A DNA stretch of 59,012 nt from Candidatus Binatia bacterium (GTDB taxonomy: Bacteria > Desulfobacterota > Binatia > UBA1149 > CAITLU01), in NCBI GenBank assembly GCA_046261745.1, contig JBHEOD010000007.1, positions 1-59,012 on the forward strand, given 5' to 3'. Positions 1 to 11,730 of this stretch are shown here, in pieces. The notes beneath the pieces are model-generated. The model worked only from the letters and a program-made list of their open reading frames with translations. It was not told the DNA's origin and ran no database searches. Within the stretch, counting starts at the first letter, position 1, and each line of letters begins with the position of its first letter. The position numbers and the translations under genes were made by a program.

Positions 1-627
1 GGTTATTACCATCCGCCCAAGGGCATTCTTCACCGCTGCGTGAAGGCCGAGCCTTTTCCGCCGGTGCTCGCGGCGCTCGTGGCCAGGGCGGAAAGCATTT
101 CGCGTCGGATCTACTCCGGCCCCGACATGCCGGCTGGGTGGCATCTCAACACCTGCCTGGTGAATTTCTACGGCAGCCGTCTCGATGGCACCCGCCGCAT
201 CGACACCGCGCGGGTCGGCGAGCACAAGGACTTCGAACCGGGCCCGGTCGCGTCGATCTCGCTCGGCGAGCGCGCGCTGTTCCAGTTCGTGTCGAGCAGC
301 CGCATCGGGCAGCGCGGCACCGTCGCGCTGCAGCAGTGGCTCGACGACGGGTCGCTGCAGATCTTCGGCGGCGACCGTTGGAAAACGCACCACTTCCACC
401 GCGTGCAGCGCGTCGACCGAAAGGGGGCCAACTTCGCGATCCACGCGGAGGACTTCGTCACCCGCCGCGTGAACTTCACGTTCCGCTACGTGCCCGACGT
501 GCACATCGTCCCGTACGCGAAGCTGCCGCGCGAGGCCGCCGAGGACGTGCGCGGCTACATGGAGCAGCTCGCGCAGCATTCGTCGTTCTTCAGGAAGGAG
601 CTCGGCGACGCACTTCTACGCGCGTAG
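1..627 (+). CDS. alkB: AlkB-family 2OG/Fe(II)-dependent dioxygenase (5' partial)
   Basis: Frame 1 is open from the window edge (track ORF 40..627). It has an HxD motif in GEHKDFEPGPVASISLG, a distal His in HHFHRV, and RVNFTFR (RxNxTxR). Confidence 0.8.
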   Translation, partial: GYYHPPKGILHRCVKAEPFPPVLAALVARAESISRRIYSGPDMPAGWHLNTCLVNFYGSRLDGTRRIDTARVGEHKDFEPGPVASISLGERALFQFVSSSRIGQRGTVALQQWLDDGSLQIFGGDRWKTHHFHRVQRVDRKGANFAIHAEDFVTRRVNFTFRYVPDVHIVPYAKLPREAAEDVRGYMEQLAQHSSFFRKELGDALLRA

Positions 628-731
628 AACCCCCATCTGACGCTTTGTGCTCAGTGCCCGCATAGTCGGTGAGTCGCACTAACCCCGTTCATCATCGGCG
701 GCGCGGATTGCGCACCGAAGGAAACAAAACA

Positions 732-953
732 ATGAAACTGATCATCCCATTGGCCATCGTCGTCGCGCTCGGAATGAGCGCTTGTGAAGTGAACACGCCG
801 GCAGGCGCGCCCGGACCGGCCGGAGCTCCCGGCGCGACAGGCGCCACGGGATCGAAGGGCAGCGAAGGCGCCGCCGGAGCCGAGGGCGCCAAGGGAAACA
901 CCGGCAAACCCGCCAGCGAGACCATCGTGGTGGTGCCGGTTCCTGCCGAGTGA
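732..953 (+). CDS. small lipoprotein with collagen-like Gly-X-Y repeat
   Basis: Track ORF 669..953 with the start moved to ATG 732. It has a lipobox-like signal MKLIIPLAIVVALGMSAC. It has 12 uninterrupted GXY triplets, GAPGPAGAPGATGATGSKGSEGAAGAEGAKGNTGKP. Confidence 0.6.
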   Translation: MKLIIPLAIVVALGMSACEVNTPAGAPGPAGAPGATGATGSKGSEGAAGAEGAKGNTGKPASETIVVVPVPAE

Positions 954-1019
954 CGCGATCGCGTCGCGCGACGGTGTCAGCCGCTTCGCGGCCGGGCCGT
1001 CGCGCCGCGCGTACCCGCG

Positions 1020-1949
1020 CTACGGCGCGGCCGTTCCCGCTGCGCGCGCCGTGCGCACCACGTCCATGCGCGCGTGGACGAACGCATCCACCTTGTCGAG
1101 AGGCCCCGCGGGCATGCGGTAATACGACGCCAGCGACGCAACCATCAGGCCGTGGCCGAGCTTCGGATACAGAACCGTCTCGACCGTTCCGCCCGCGCGC
1201 TCGACGGCCGTGGTCAGGCTGATGGTGTTCTGCACGTTGACCGCGTTGTCGTCGTGACCATGAAGCAGCAGCAGCGGCGGGTTGCTGCCATCCACGTAGT
1301 GGATCGGCTGTGACAGCTTGTACTTCTCAGGTGGGCCAAACATCTCGGCCAGGTCCTTCGCGCTCTCCGGCTTGAAATCGTAGGGCCCGGAAAGGCCGAT
1401 CATCCCCTTGAGCCAGCCGCGGTTCCCACCGGCGCGGGCCAGGAACGCATCGTCGAGCGCGAGCAACGCGGCCAGGTGAGCCCCGGAGGAATGCCCCATC
1501 ACGAAGAGCCGGTCGGGATCTCCGCCGAACTTCGCGACGTGTTCGTGCGTCCACTGAACTGCCTGGGCCGCGTCCTCGACGAAGGCCGGAAACCGGACTT
1601 CGGGATAGAGCCGGTAGTTCGGCAGCACTGCGATCATCCCGCGCGAGACGAGGCCCTCCGCGACGAATCGGTAGTCGGCCTTGTCCCCCATGCTCCAGCG
1701 GCCAGGAAAGAAGAACACGACGACGGGAGCGCCTGCGGCCTTCTTCGGCGCGTAGACATCCAGCTTGAGCCCTGTGGATCCGTCGAACAGGATGTCACGC
1801 TCGACGCTGTAACTCGGGCCGGGGCTGAGCGTGCTGAGGTTGTTGAGAAGCTGGGTGCCGCTGCAGTTCCAGAAGGAGCCCGCGGCGACGAGGGCGAGCA
1901 GAAACCTTCCGACCCGGCGTCTCCGCTCCGCCATGCGCGGCATCGTCAT
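1020..1949 (-). CDS. secreted alpha/beta hydrolase (esterase/lipase type)
   Basis: 309-aa ORF with an Arg-rich signal peptide, a GHSSGAHLA nucleophile elbow, and a HGHDD region near the C-terminus. Confidence 0.85.
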   Translation of the reverse strand: MTMPRMAERRRRVGRFLLALVAAGSFWNCSGTQLLNNLSTLSPGPSYSVERDILFDGSTGLKLDVYAPKKAAGAPVVVFFFPGRWSMGDKADYRFVAEGLVSRGMIAVLPNYRLYPEVRFPAFVEDAAQAVQWTHEHVAKFGGDPDRLFVMGHSSGAHLAALLALDDAFLARAGGNRGWLKGMIGLSGPYDFKPESAKDLAEMFGPPEKYKLSQPIHYVDGSNPPLLLLHGHDDNAVNVQNTISLTTAVERAGGTVETVLYPKLGHGLMVASLASYYRMPAGPLDKVDAFVHARMDVVRTARAAGTAAP

Positions 1950-1964
1950 CGGGGAAGTCCGGCG

Positions 1965-2213
1965 TCAGCTCGCGGAAGCAATCGTGCCGCGGAATTCACC
2001 GGTGGCCTGTTCCGTGATCTTCGCCGTCCACTCGCGCTTCTCCTCGCCGATGTCGATGTTCCACAACAGGTTGGTGTCGTCGAGCTGGCGGACGGATTTC
2101 ACACCGGGCATGAACAACGGGAACTGCTCGAACTGGGTCTACTGCTTGTATGCCGAGCGCACGGGAACATCGACGTCGATCGCTTCCAGAATTTCCGACT
2201 TCCTGCTCGTCAT
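1965..2213 (-). pseudogene. SRPBCC (polyketide cyclase/dehydrase-like) gene remnant with in-frame TAG and truncated C-terminus
   Basis: MTSRKSEILEAIDVDVPVRSAYKQ-TAG(2139-2141)-TQFEQFPLFMPGVKSVRQLDDTNLLWNIDIGEEKREWTAKITEQ... reads through in one frame. The stop sits where family members have Trp (QWTQFE). An SD GGGAGAG lies before ATG 2213. Confidence 0.6.
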
Positions 2214-2577
2214 CGCTCTCTCCCTGGTAGCCGCCCTCCTTCGCGTGGACTTTGCGGCATCCCTGCCGCGTCCAGAACCAGGTTCGGGGAAGGGCAGGCC
2301 GGCCTGACGGCGCGCGGAGGGGCTGACTGACCCTACGAAGGCGAGGGCAGGCAGGATAGCCCGCACTACTACGCATGTGCGCGCCGACGAAAGGCGGTGT
2401 TGCCGGAGTTCGGGGCGCCGGCCCGGTCCAACGCACCTGCGAAATGACTCGGTCGATGGTTTGCCCGCCCTGCCGCACCGCGCTAAACACGGCGATTCCC
2501 CGCGGCCCAGAGGGCGAACGCGCGGCGGATAAGCGGGGACTTAAAGCGTGCCGGAATCCGTCGTGACCCAAGTGACA

Positions 2578-3921
2578 ATGGAAAAGATCGTCAACCTCTG
2601 TAAGCGACGGGGGTTCGTCTTCCAGTCATCCGAGATCTACGGCGGGCTCAGCAGCTGCTACGACTACGGCCCCCTCGGCGTCGAGCTCAAGCGTAACGTG
2701 AAAGAAGCCTGGTGGCGCGACACCGTCTCCACGCGCGGCGACGTCGTCGGTCTCGACTGCTCGATCCTGATGCATCCTCGCACCTGGGAGGCATCGGGCC
2801 ACATCGCGAACTTCTCGGACCCGATGGTGGACTGCAAGCTCTGCAAGGGCCGCTTCCGCGCCGACCACCTGGCCGATACGCGCTGTCCCAAGCAGCCGAG
2901 CAAGCTGGCCGGACACTGCGACGGCGAGCTCACCGAGCCGCGCAGCTTCAACCTGATGTTCAAGACCCACATGGGCCCGATGGAAGACTCGGCGGCCGCC
3001 GTGTATCTCCGCCCCGAAACCGCCCAGGGCATCTTCGTGAACTTCGTCAACGTGGTGAACTCCACGCGCCTTCGCCCGCCGTTCGGCATCGGGCAGATGG
3101 GCAAGAGCTTCCGCAACGAGATCACGCCGGCCAACTTCCTGTTCCGCACGCGCGAGTTCGAACAGATGGAGCTCGAGTTCTTCGTGGAGCCGGGCACCGA
3201 CGACGGCTGGTACGAGTACTGGAAGAATCGCCGCCTTCAGTGGTACACCGACTACGGAATCCGTCCGGAGCGCCTGCGCCTTCGCGATCATGCTTCCGAC
3301 GAACTCGCGCACTACGCCAAGGGCTGCGCGGACGTCGAGTACGACTTCCCGATCGGCTGGCAGGAGCTCGAGGGTATCGCCAACCGCACCGACTTCGACC
3401 TCAAGCAGCATATTGAGTACTCGGGCAAGGATCTCTCCTACTTCAACGACCAGACCAAGGAGCGCTTCGTCCCGTACGTGATCGAGCCGTCGGCCGGCGC
3501 CGACCGCGGCACGCTCGCGTTTCTCGTCGACTCCTATGACGAGGATGGACCGGAGAACGACCGCCGCACCGTGCTGCGCCTGCACCCGTCGCTCGCGCCG
3601 GTGAAGGTGGCGATCCTTCCGCTCATGAAGCGCGACGGGCTCGACGCGAAGGCGATGGAAATCGTCGAGATGCTGCGTCCGTACTTCGCGGTCAGTTACG
3701 ATCAGGCCGGTTCCATCGGGCGCCGCTATCGCCGCCAGGACGAAGTCGGCACACCGCTCGGCGTGACCGTCGACTACGACACGATGAAGGACGGCACGGT
3801 GACCTTGCGCGACCGCGACACGATGGAGCAGGTACGAGTACCCATCGGCGACCTCTTCGACATCGTACGAAAGAAGGTCGCCCCGCCTGTGTATCGTGGG
3901 CCTCTCGCGCCCGCGGCCTGA
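2578..3921 (+). CDS. glyQS: glycine--tRNA ligase (homodimeric class II type)
   Basis: [40 protein letters not shown] is a typical GlyQS N-terminus. About 447 aa from ATG 2578 (track ORF 2548..3921). Confidence 0.95.
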   Translation: MEKIVNLCKRRGFVFQSSEIYGGLSSCYDYGPLGVELKRNVKEAWWRDTVSTRGDVVGLDCSILMHPRTWEASGHIANFSDPMVDCKLCKGRFRADHLADTRCPKQPSKLAGHCDGELTEPRSFNLMFKTHMGPMEDSAAAVYLRPETAQGIFVNFVNVVNSTRLRPPFGIGQMGKSFRNEITPANFLFRTREFEQMELEFFVEPGTDDGWYEYWKNRRLQWYTDYGIRPERLRLRDHASDELAHYAKGCADVEYDFPIGWQELEGIANRTDFDLKQHIEYSGKDLSYFNDQTKERFVPYVIEPSAGADRGTLAFLVDSYDEDGPENDRRTVLRLHPSLAPVKVAILPLMKRDGLDAKAMEIVEMLRPYFAVSYDQAGSIGRRYRRQDEVGTPLGVTVDYDTMKDGTVTLRDRDTMEQVRVPIGDLFDIVRKKVAPPVYRGPLAPAA

Positions 3922-3992
3922 ACCATTCCCCGGCGGCCATGTTGCCGCCGTCACGAAGACTCAACGATATTCCTACAAGGACACGTTTTCCC

Positions 3993-6857
<2,865 letters not shown>

Positions 6858-6863
6858 AAACCC

Positions 6864-6908
6864 GGGACAGGTACAGGTTTTCGCGCCGCGCAAATCTGTA
6901 CCTGTCCC
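6864..6908. terminator. 13-bp inverted repeat hairpin after ppdK (inverted pair of the GGGACAGGTAC repeat family)
   Basis: GGGACAGGTACAG (6864-6876) pairs with CTGTACCTGTCCC (6896-6908) across a 19-nt loop. It starts 7 nt after the ppdK stop. Confidence 0.5.
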
Positions 6909-6926
6909 CGATTTCCGATTTTCCAG

Positions 6927-7811
6927 ATGAGCGCAGTACGTCCCAGCAAGATGGCAGCGACCCGCGCGGCGGTGGAAGGCACGACGCGCGTCGTCGGCAT
7001 CCTCGGCAACCCCGTCGAGCATTCGCTGTCACCGCGCATGCACAACGCGGCCTATGCCGCACTCGGGCTCGACTACGTGTACGTTCCGCTGCGTGCGACG
7101 CCGGTCACCATTCGCGGGGCGGTGCGCGCGATGCACACGCTCGGCATCGTCGGTTTCAATGTCACCGTTCCGTACAAGCAGGATGTCGTCCGCCTCGTCG
7201 ACCGGCTCACGCCGCCGGCGGCGGCCATCGGCGCCGTCAACACCATCTACCGGGATGGCGAAGAGATTGTCGGTGACAACACCGACGCCGTGGGGTTCAC
7301 CGAGGCCCTGCGTTCGCACGGTGCGAGACTCCGCGGCGCGCAGGTGCTCGTGATCGGCGCCGGCGGCAGCGCGCGCGCCGTGCTGCATGCGCTCGGGGAA
7401 GGCGGCGCGCGCGACGTGGTACTGGCCAATCGCACTGTCGCAACCGCGCGTCGCGTCGCCCGCGAGTTCGGCGCCACGGCGGTGGGCCTCGATGCGCTCC
7501 AGCACGACGCGCTGCTGGCAAGCCGAACGCTCGTAGTCAATTCCACTCCGGTCGGCCTCAAGGGGGGCGCATACCTTGCCTACCGCGCGTCGGCCACGCC
7601 GGAATCCTGCATGCACTTCGACCTGGCGTATGGTCGCGAGCTGACGCCGTTTCTGACCCTCGCGAAGAAGGCCGGCCGGCCCGTCCTCGACGGTCGCCAC
7701 ATGCTCGTGCACCAGGGCGCCGCCGCGTTTCGGCGTTTCACCGGCAAGAAGGCCCCCGTCGCCGTGATGCTCGAAGCCGTCGGAATCAAATCCCCAACCC
7801 GCACGCGCTGA
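6927..7811 (+). CDS. aroE: shikimate dehydrogenase
   Basis: Contains GILGNPVEHSLSPRMHNAAY, FNVTVPYK, and the Rossmann motif GAGGSARAV. Confidence 0.9.
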   Translation: MSAVRPSKMAATRAAVEGTTRVVGILGNPVEHSLSPRMHNAAYAALGLDYVYVPLRATPVTIRGAVRAMHTLGIVGFNVTVPYKQDVVRLVDRLTPPAAAIGAVNTIYRDGEEIVGDNTDAVGFTEALRSHGARLRGAQVLVIGAGGSARAVLHALGEGGARDVVLANRTVATARRVAREFGATAVGLDALQHDALLASRTLVVNSTPVGLKGGAYLAYRASATPESCMHFDLAYGRELTPFLTLAKKAGRPVLDGRHMLVHQGAAAFRRFTGKKAPVAVMLEAVGIKSPTRTR

Positions 7812-7831
7812 CCATAAAGATGGGCCCACAC

Positions 7832-7856
7832 AAAAATGGGGTCAGACCCCTTTTTT
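7832..7856 (+). terminator. intrinsic-terminator-like hairpin (copy of the AAATGGGGTCAGACCCCATTT palindrome family) after aroE
   Basis: AAAAATGGGGTCAGACCCCTTTTTT has a GGGG/CCCC stem plus a T-run. It lies 21 nt after the aroE stop. Confidence 0.65.
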
Positions 7857-7997
7857 GCGGAATCCATTTCCCGATCGTTCGTCACGCGCGGCCGGGCGAA
7901 GCGGGTTGCGCCTGCACCGCGTAAAGACGACTTCACGCTTGCGGCTCCGCGAGGCCGGGGCCGACTGCGGGCGCGACGGCGCACAAGGAGAGATCCG

Positions 7998-8621
7998 ATG
8001 TCCGACCCATGGCGCATCGAAAGCGAAGACCAGATCAACGAGACGCTCGGGCACACGTCCGAGATGGTCCGCCAGAAGATCTTCGATCACGTGGACGAGT
8101 ACTCGGCGGCGTTCATCGCACGCTCGCCGCTGCTGTTGCTCGCGACCAGCGACCGCAGCGGCCGCCTCGACGTGTCGCCGAAGGGCGACGGCCCCGGCTT
8201 CGTCGTCCTCGACGACGAGCGCACGCTGCTGCTGCCCGAGCGTCCGGGCAACAAACTTGCGTTCGGCTTTCGCAACATCCTTGAGAATCCCCGCGTCGGC
8301 ATGGTGTTCCTCGTGCCCGGCACCACCGAGACGCTGCGCGCCAACGGCACCGCCGAGATCACGCGGGACCCGGGGCTGCTCGAAAGGCTTTCCGCCAAGG
8401 GCAAGCCCGCGCTGCTCGTCACGCGCATCACCGTCGAGGAATGCTTCTTTCACTGCGGCAAGGCTTTCATTCGCTCCGGCCTGTGGAAACCGGAATCGTG
8501 GCCGCAGGGCTACCGGGTGAATCTCGGCAGGCAGCTCGCGAAGAAGATGGGCGGCAACGACGAAGTGGCCGAACGCATCGACGAGGGCCTCGAGCAGAGC
8601 TACAAGACGACGCTGTACTGA
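7998..8621 (+). CDS. PPOX-class (pyridoxamine 5'-phosphate oxidase-like) FMN-binding protein
   Basis: SD AAGGAG precedes ATG 7998. Contains LLLATSDRSGRLDVSPKGD and NPRVGMVFLVPGTTETLRANG, typical of a split-barrel flavoprotein. Confidence 0.8.
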   Translation: MSDPWRIESEDQINETLGHTSEMVRQKIFDHVDEYSAAFIARSPLLLLATSDRSGRLDVSPKGDGPGFVVLDDERTLLLPERPGNKLAFGFRNILENPRVGMVFLVPGTTETLRANGTAEITRDPGLLERLSAKGKPALLVTRITVEECFFHCGKAFIRSGLWKPESWPQGYRVNLGRQLAKKMGGNDEVAERIDEGLEQSYKTTLY

Positions 8622-8660
8622 AATTGCCGAACCGCACAGCCCGCAGGATCGCGGTCCGGC

Positions 8661-8681
8661 AAATGGGGTCTGACCCCATTT
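8661..8681. repeat. 21-bp perfect palindrome AAATGGGGTCTGACCCCATTT
   Basis: Seen directly in the sequence. It is the first of two tandem units in the 8622-8745 intergenic region. Confidence 0.8.
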
Positions 8682-8707
8682 CGTGAACTTGCCGAACGCG
8701 CGACGCG

Positions 8708-8730
8708 AAATTGGGGTCAGACCCCGTTTT
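8708..8730. repeat. palindromic repeat copy AAATTGGGGTCAGACCCCGTTTT
   Basis: Seen directly in the sequence. This second unit is preceded by TTGCCGAAC, as is the first unit. Confidence 0.8.
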
Positions 8731-8745
8731 CTTCAGGAGGGAGCC

Positions 8746-9771
8746 ATGGCCAACGTGAATCGTGAAATTCATCTCAAGCGCCGTCCCGTCGGGATGCCGG
8801 TCGAAGACGACTTCGAGCTCGTCGAGACTGCGGTTCCCGAGCCCGGCCCCGGACAGTTCGTGGTCCGCAACATCTGGATGACGGTGGACCCGTACATGCG
8901 CGGCCGCATGACCGACCGGAAGAGCTACGTGCCGCCGTTCCAGATCGGCGGCGTGCTCGACGGCGGGTCGGTCGGACAAGTGGTCGCATCGAACAATCCC
9001 GGCTTCGCCGTCGGCGACTACGTGTGCGGCTTCGCAGCCGGCGGCTGGCGCGAGTACCACCTGACAGACGGCATGATGTTCCAGAAGGTCGATCCGGCCG
9101 TCGCGCCGCTGCAGGCCTATCTCGGCGTGCTCGGCATGCCGGGCCTCACCGCCTACACGAGCCTCCTGCGAATCGGCGAGCCGAAGGAAGGCGAGACCGT
9201 CTTCGTGTCGGCCGCGGCAGGCGCGGTCGGATCGGTGGTGGCCCAGGTAGCCAAGATCAAGGGATGTCGCGTGATCGGCTCGGCCGGCTCCGACGAGAAA
9301 TGTCGCTGGCTCGTCGAGCAGGCCGGCATCGACGCTGCCGTCAACTACCGCACCACCGGCAGCCTGCTCACCGATGTCACCAAGGCCTGCCCGAACGGCA
9401 TCGACATCTACTACGAGAACGTCGGCGGCGAGCACCTCGAGACCGCCCTCGAACTCATGAACAGCCGCGGCCGTCTCGTGATGTGCGGCATGATCAGCAT
9501 GTACAACGCGCTCGAAGCTCCCCCGGGCCCGCGCAATCTCGTCAACGTGATCGGCAAGAGCCTGAAGATGCAGGGTTTCATCGTGTCCGACTACATCGAC
9601 ATGGTGCCGGAGTTCTACCAAACGATGGGACCGTGGATCGGCGCCGGGCGCATCAAGTGGCAGGAGACCGTGCACGAGGGCATCGCCAGCGCTCCCAAGG
9701 CCTTCATTGGCCTGTTCCGCGGTGACAACACCGGAAAGATGCTGGTGAGGCTCGCGCCGGATCGCGCCTGA
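8746..9771 (+). CDS. NADP-dependent oxidoreductase (MDR superfamily, alkenal/enone reductase-like)
   Basis: SD GGAGGGAG precedes ATG 8746. Contains VRNIWMTVDPYMRGRM and the nucleotide-binding motif AAAGAVGSVVAQ. Confidence 0.85.
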   Translation: MANVNREIHLKRRPVGMPVEDDFELVETAVPEPGPGQFVVRNIWMTVDPYMRGRMTDRKSYVPPFQIGGVLDGGSVGQVVASNNPGFAVGDYVCGFAAGGWREYHLTDGMMFQKVDPAVAPLQAYLGVLGMPGLTAYTSLLRIGEPKEGETVFVSAAAGAVGSVVAQVAKIKGCRVIGSAGSDEKCRWLVEQAGIDAAVNYRTTGSLLTDVTKACPNGIDIYYENVGGEHLETALELMNSRGRLVMCGMISMYNALEAPPGPRNLVNVIGKSLKMQGFIVSDYIDMVPEFYQTMGPWIGAGRIKWQETVHEGIASAPKAFIGLFRGDNTGKMLVRLAPDRA

Positions 9772-9905
9772 GCGCAGCCCGGCCTGCGTGACGATTCACA
9801 AAAACGACTTGCGGCTTCGGGCACGGCAAGGCTAGGGTCGTCCTCGCCGCAGCGATGACTGGGGTGCACTCGACGGGGAATCGGGGAAGTCTGGGAGGAC
9901 GCGCA

Positions 9906-11675
9906 ATGACGAGATTCGAAAGAGCCGGTTCGCTGGCGATTACGGCGTTGACAATCGCGCTGGCCGGCGCCGGCGCTCCGGCCTCTGCCGGTCCGCGAAT
10001 CGTCAACGGACTCGACACGCACGGTTTCCCGACGACCGGCGCGTTGCTGTACAGCGGCGGCAGCACCATCACCGCGAACAATGCGTCCACCCAGTGCAGC
10101 GGCACGCTGATCGGGTGCCAGACCTTCCTCACCGCCGCGCACTGCGTGGAGGAAGACACCACTGCTTCGCATTACTGGGTCTACCTCCAGAACGGCGGCA
10201 TCCACCAGGTTTCCTCCATCACGTACCACCCCGCCTACAACGGCGACTCCGGTCGCGACGTCGCCATCGTCAAGCTCACGAGCCAGGTCACCGGCATCGA
10301 TCCCACCACCGTCAACAGCACGCACGATCTCGACGCGATGGGCATCGGCTTCGAAGGCACGATTGCAGGCTTCGGGCGCACCGGCGGCGGCTCCGACTAC
10401 GGCATCAAGCGCTACGGCGCCGTGGTGACGGCCGATTGCGACACCGGCGCGACGGGCGGCGAGGGCAACGACGTGCTGGTTTGCTGGGACTACGATTCGT
10501 CGGTCGGCCCGGCAGGTGAAGACTCGAACACCTGCAACGGCGATTCGGGTGGACCGCTGTTCATGAACTTCGCGGGCACTGTCGAGTTGGTCGGCGTCAC
10601 GTCGGCCGGCATCACGACGAACTGCCTTCCGACCGATCACAGCTGGGACGCGAGCGTGTACTACAACGCGACGTGGATCGGCGCCCAGCTCGGCGCCGAT
10701 TCGACCGGCGCGTGCGGCGGCATCGCCGCGGTCGGCCATCCCGACGTCACCACCTTTCACAACAGCGGTGCGCTCAGCCTGCTGCAACCCAGCGACAGCT
10801 TCACGGTGAACCTCACCGGCTCGGCTTCCGTCGTCCGCTTCACCCTCAACGGCACCGACAACGGCAGCTTCAACCCGAACTTCTTCGTGAAAGAAGGACC
10901 CGGCGCCAGCGCGGCAGACTTCGACTGCAAGGCCGACGGTGCGACAGTCTTTGGAGCCTGCGAGTTCGCGAATCCGTCCGCCGGCACGTGGTCGGTGTTC
11001 GTGGAGCGCGCCTCCGGCAGCGGTGGGTACCAGGTCACCACCACCTTGTTCGACGGCGATCCGCCGGTCTGCGGCAACAACATCGTCGAGTTCGGCGAAG
11101 AGTGCGACGGCACCTCCGACGCCGCGTGCGCGGCGCTTTGCACAGCATGCAGTTGTCCCGCGCCGGTCTGCGGCAACAACCTGGTCGAAGCGGGCGAGGA
11201 GTGCGACGGGAGCCAGGACAGCGCGTGCCCGGGCGAGTGCACGTCCTGCTCGTGCCCCGCCGCATGCAGCACCGGCCCGCTCTACGGCGTGAAAATCGTG
11301 TCCGACGAGCGCCGTCTCGACTACAAGGCATGGCTCTTCGATGGTGTGGGCGCGTACGCCGGCCTCGATCCCCGCGAAGACGACTTCACGCTTTCCATCG
11401 AGGACGGAGTCGGATTGATCGACCTTGCGATCCCGGCCGCCCACCCCGGCTGGGTAAAGGCCGATCCGCTGCGCGGGCGATACATGTGGAAGGGCGACGG
11501 CCTGCTGGGCGGCCTGCGGCGCGTCAAGCTGACGTACCGCACCACGTCGGCGGGCGCGTTCTGGATCCTGATCGTGAAAGGCAGGGAAGTTCCCGGCGGG
11601 GCGACGGTCAACGTGGGGAACGAACTCGATTTCGAGCTTGGCTTCGACGGCACCTGCCACCTCGAGACCTGGTAG
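9906..11675 (+). CDS. secreted S1 (trypsin-like) serine protease with PPC-like domain and two Myxococcus-type Cys-rich repeats
   Basis: Signal peptide, then IVNG, TAAHC, DVAIVKL and GDSGGPL (the H/D/S triad). Two CGNNxVExGEECDG repeats follow. SD GGGAGGA precedes ATG 9906. Confidence 0.85.
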   Translation: MTRFERAGSLAITALTIALAGAGAPASAGPRIVNGLDTHGFPTTGALLYSGGSTITANNASTQCSGTLIGCQTFLTAAHCVEEDTTASHYWVYLQNGGIHQVSSITYHPAYNGDSGRDVAIVKLTSQVTGIDPTTVNSTHDLDAMGIGFEGTIAGFGRTGGGSDYGIKRYGAVVTADCDTGATGGEGNDVLVCWDYDSSVGPAGEDSNTCNGDSGGPLFMNFAGTVELVGVTSAGITTNCLPTDHSWDASVYYNATWIGAQLGADSTGACGGIAAVGHPDVTTFHNSGALSLLQPSDSFTVNLTGSASVVRFTLNGTDNGSFNPNFFVKEGPGASAADFDCKADGATVFGACEFANPSAGTWSVFVERASGSGGYQVTTTLFDGDPPVCGNNIVEFGEECDGTSDAACAALCTACSCPAPVCGNNLVEAGEECDGSQDSACPGECTSCSCPAACSTGPLYGVKIVSDERRLDYKAWLFDGVGAYAGLDPREDDFTLSIEDGVGLIDLAIPAAHPGWVKADPLRGRYMWKGDGLLGGLRRVKLTYRTTSAGAFWILIVKGREVPGGATVNVGNELDFELGFDGTCHLETW

Positions 11676-11730
11676 CCGGGCCGTCTCCGCCGAATCCATC
11701 GCGCCGGCGCGCACACACGGGGTTGCGCCT

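Noticed and set aside
952-965. The 14-bp perfect palindrome GACGCGATCGCGTC as a terminator after the collagen-like gene
   Set aside because: It leaves essentially no loop and has no T-run. It overlaps the stop codon. It is more likely chance in GC-rich DNA.
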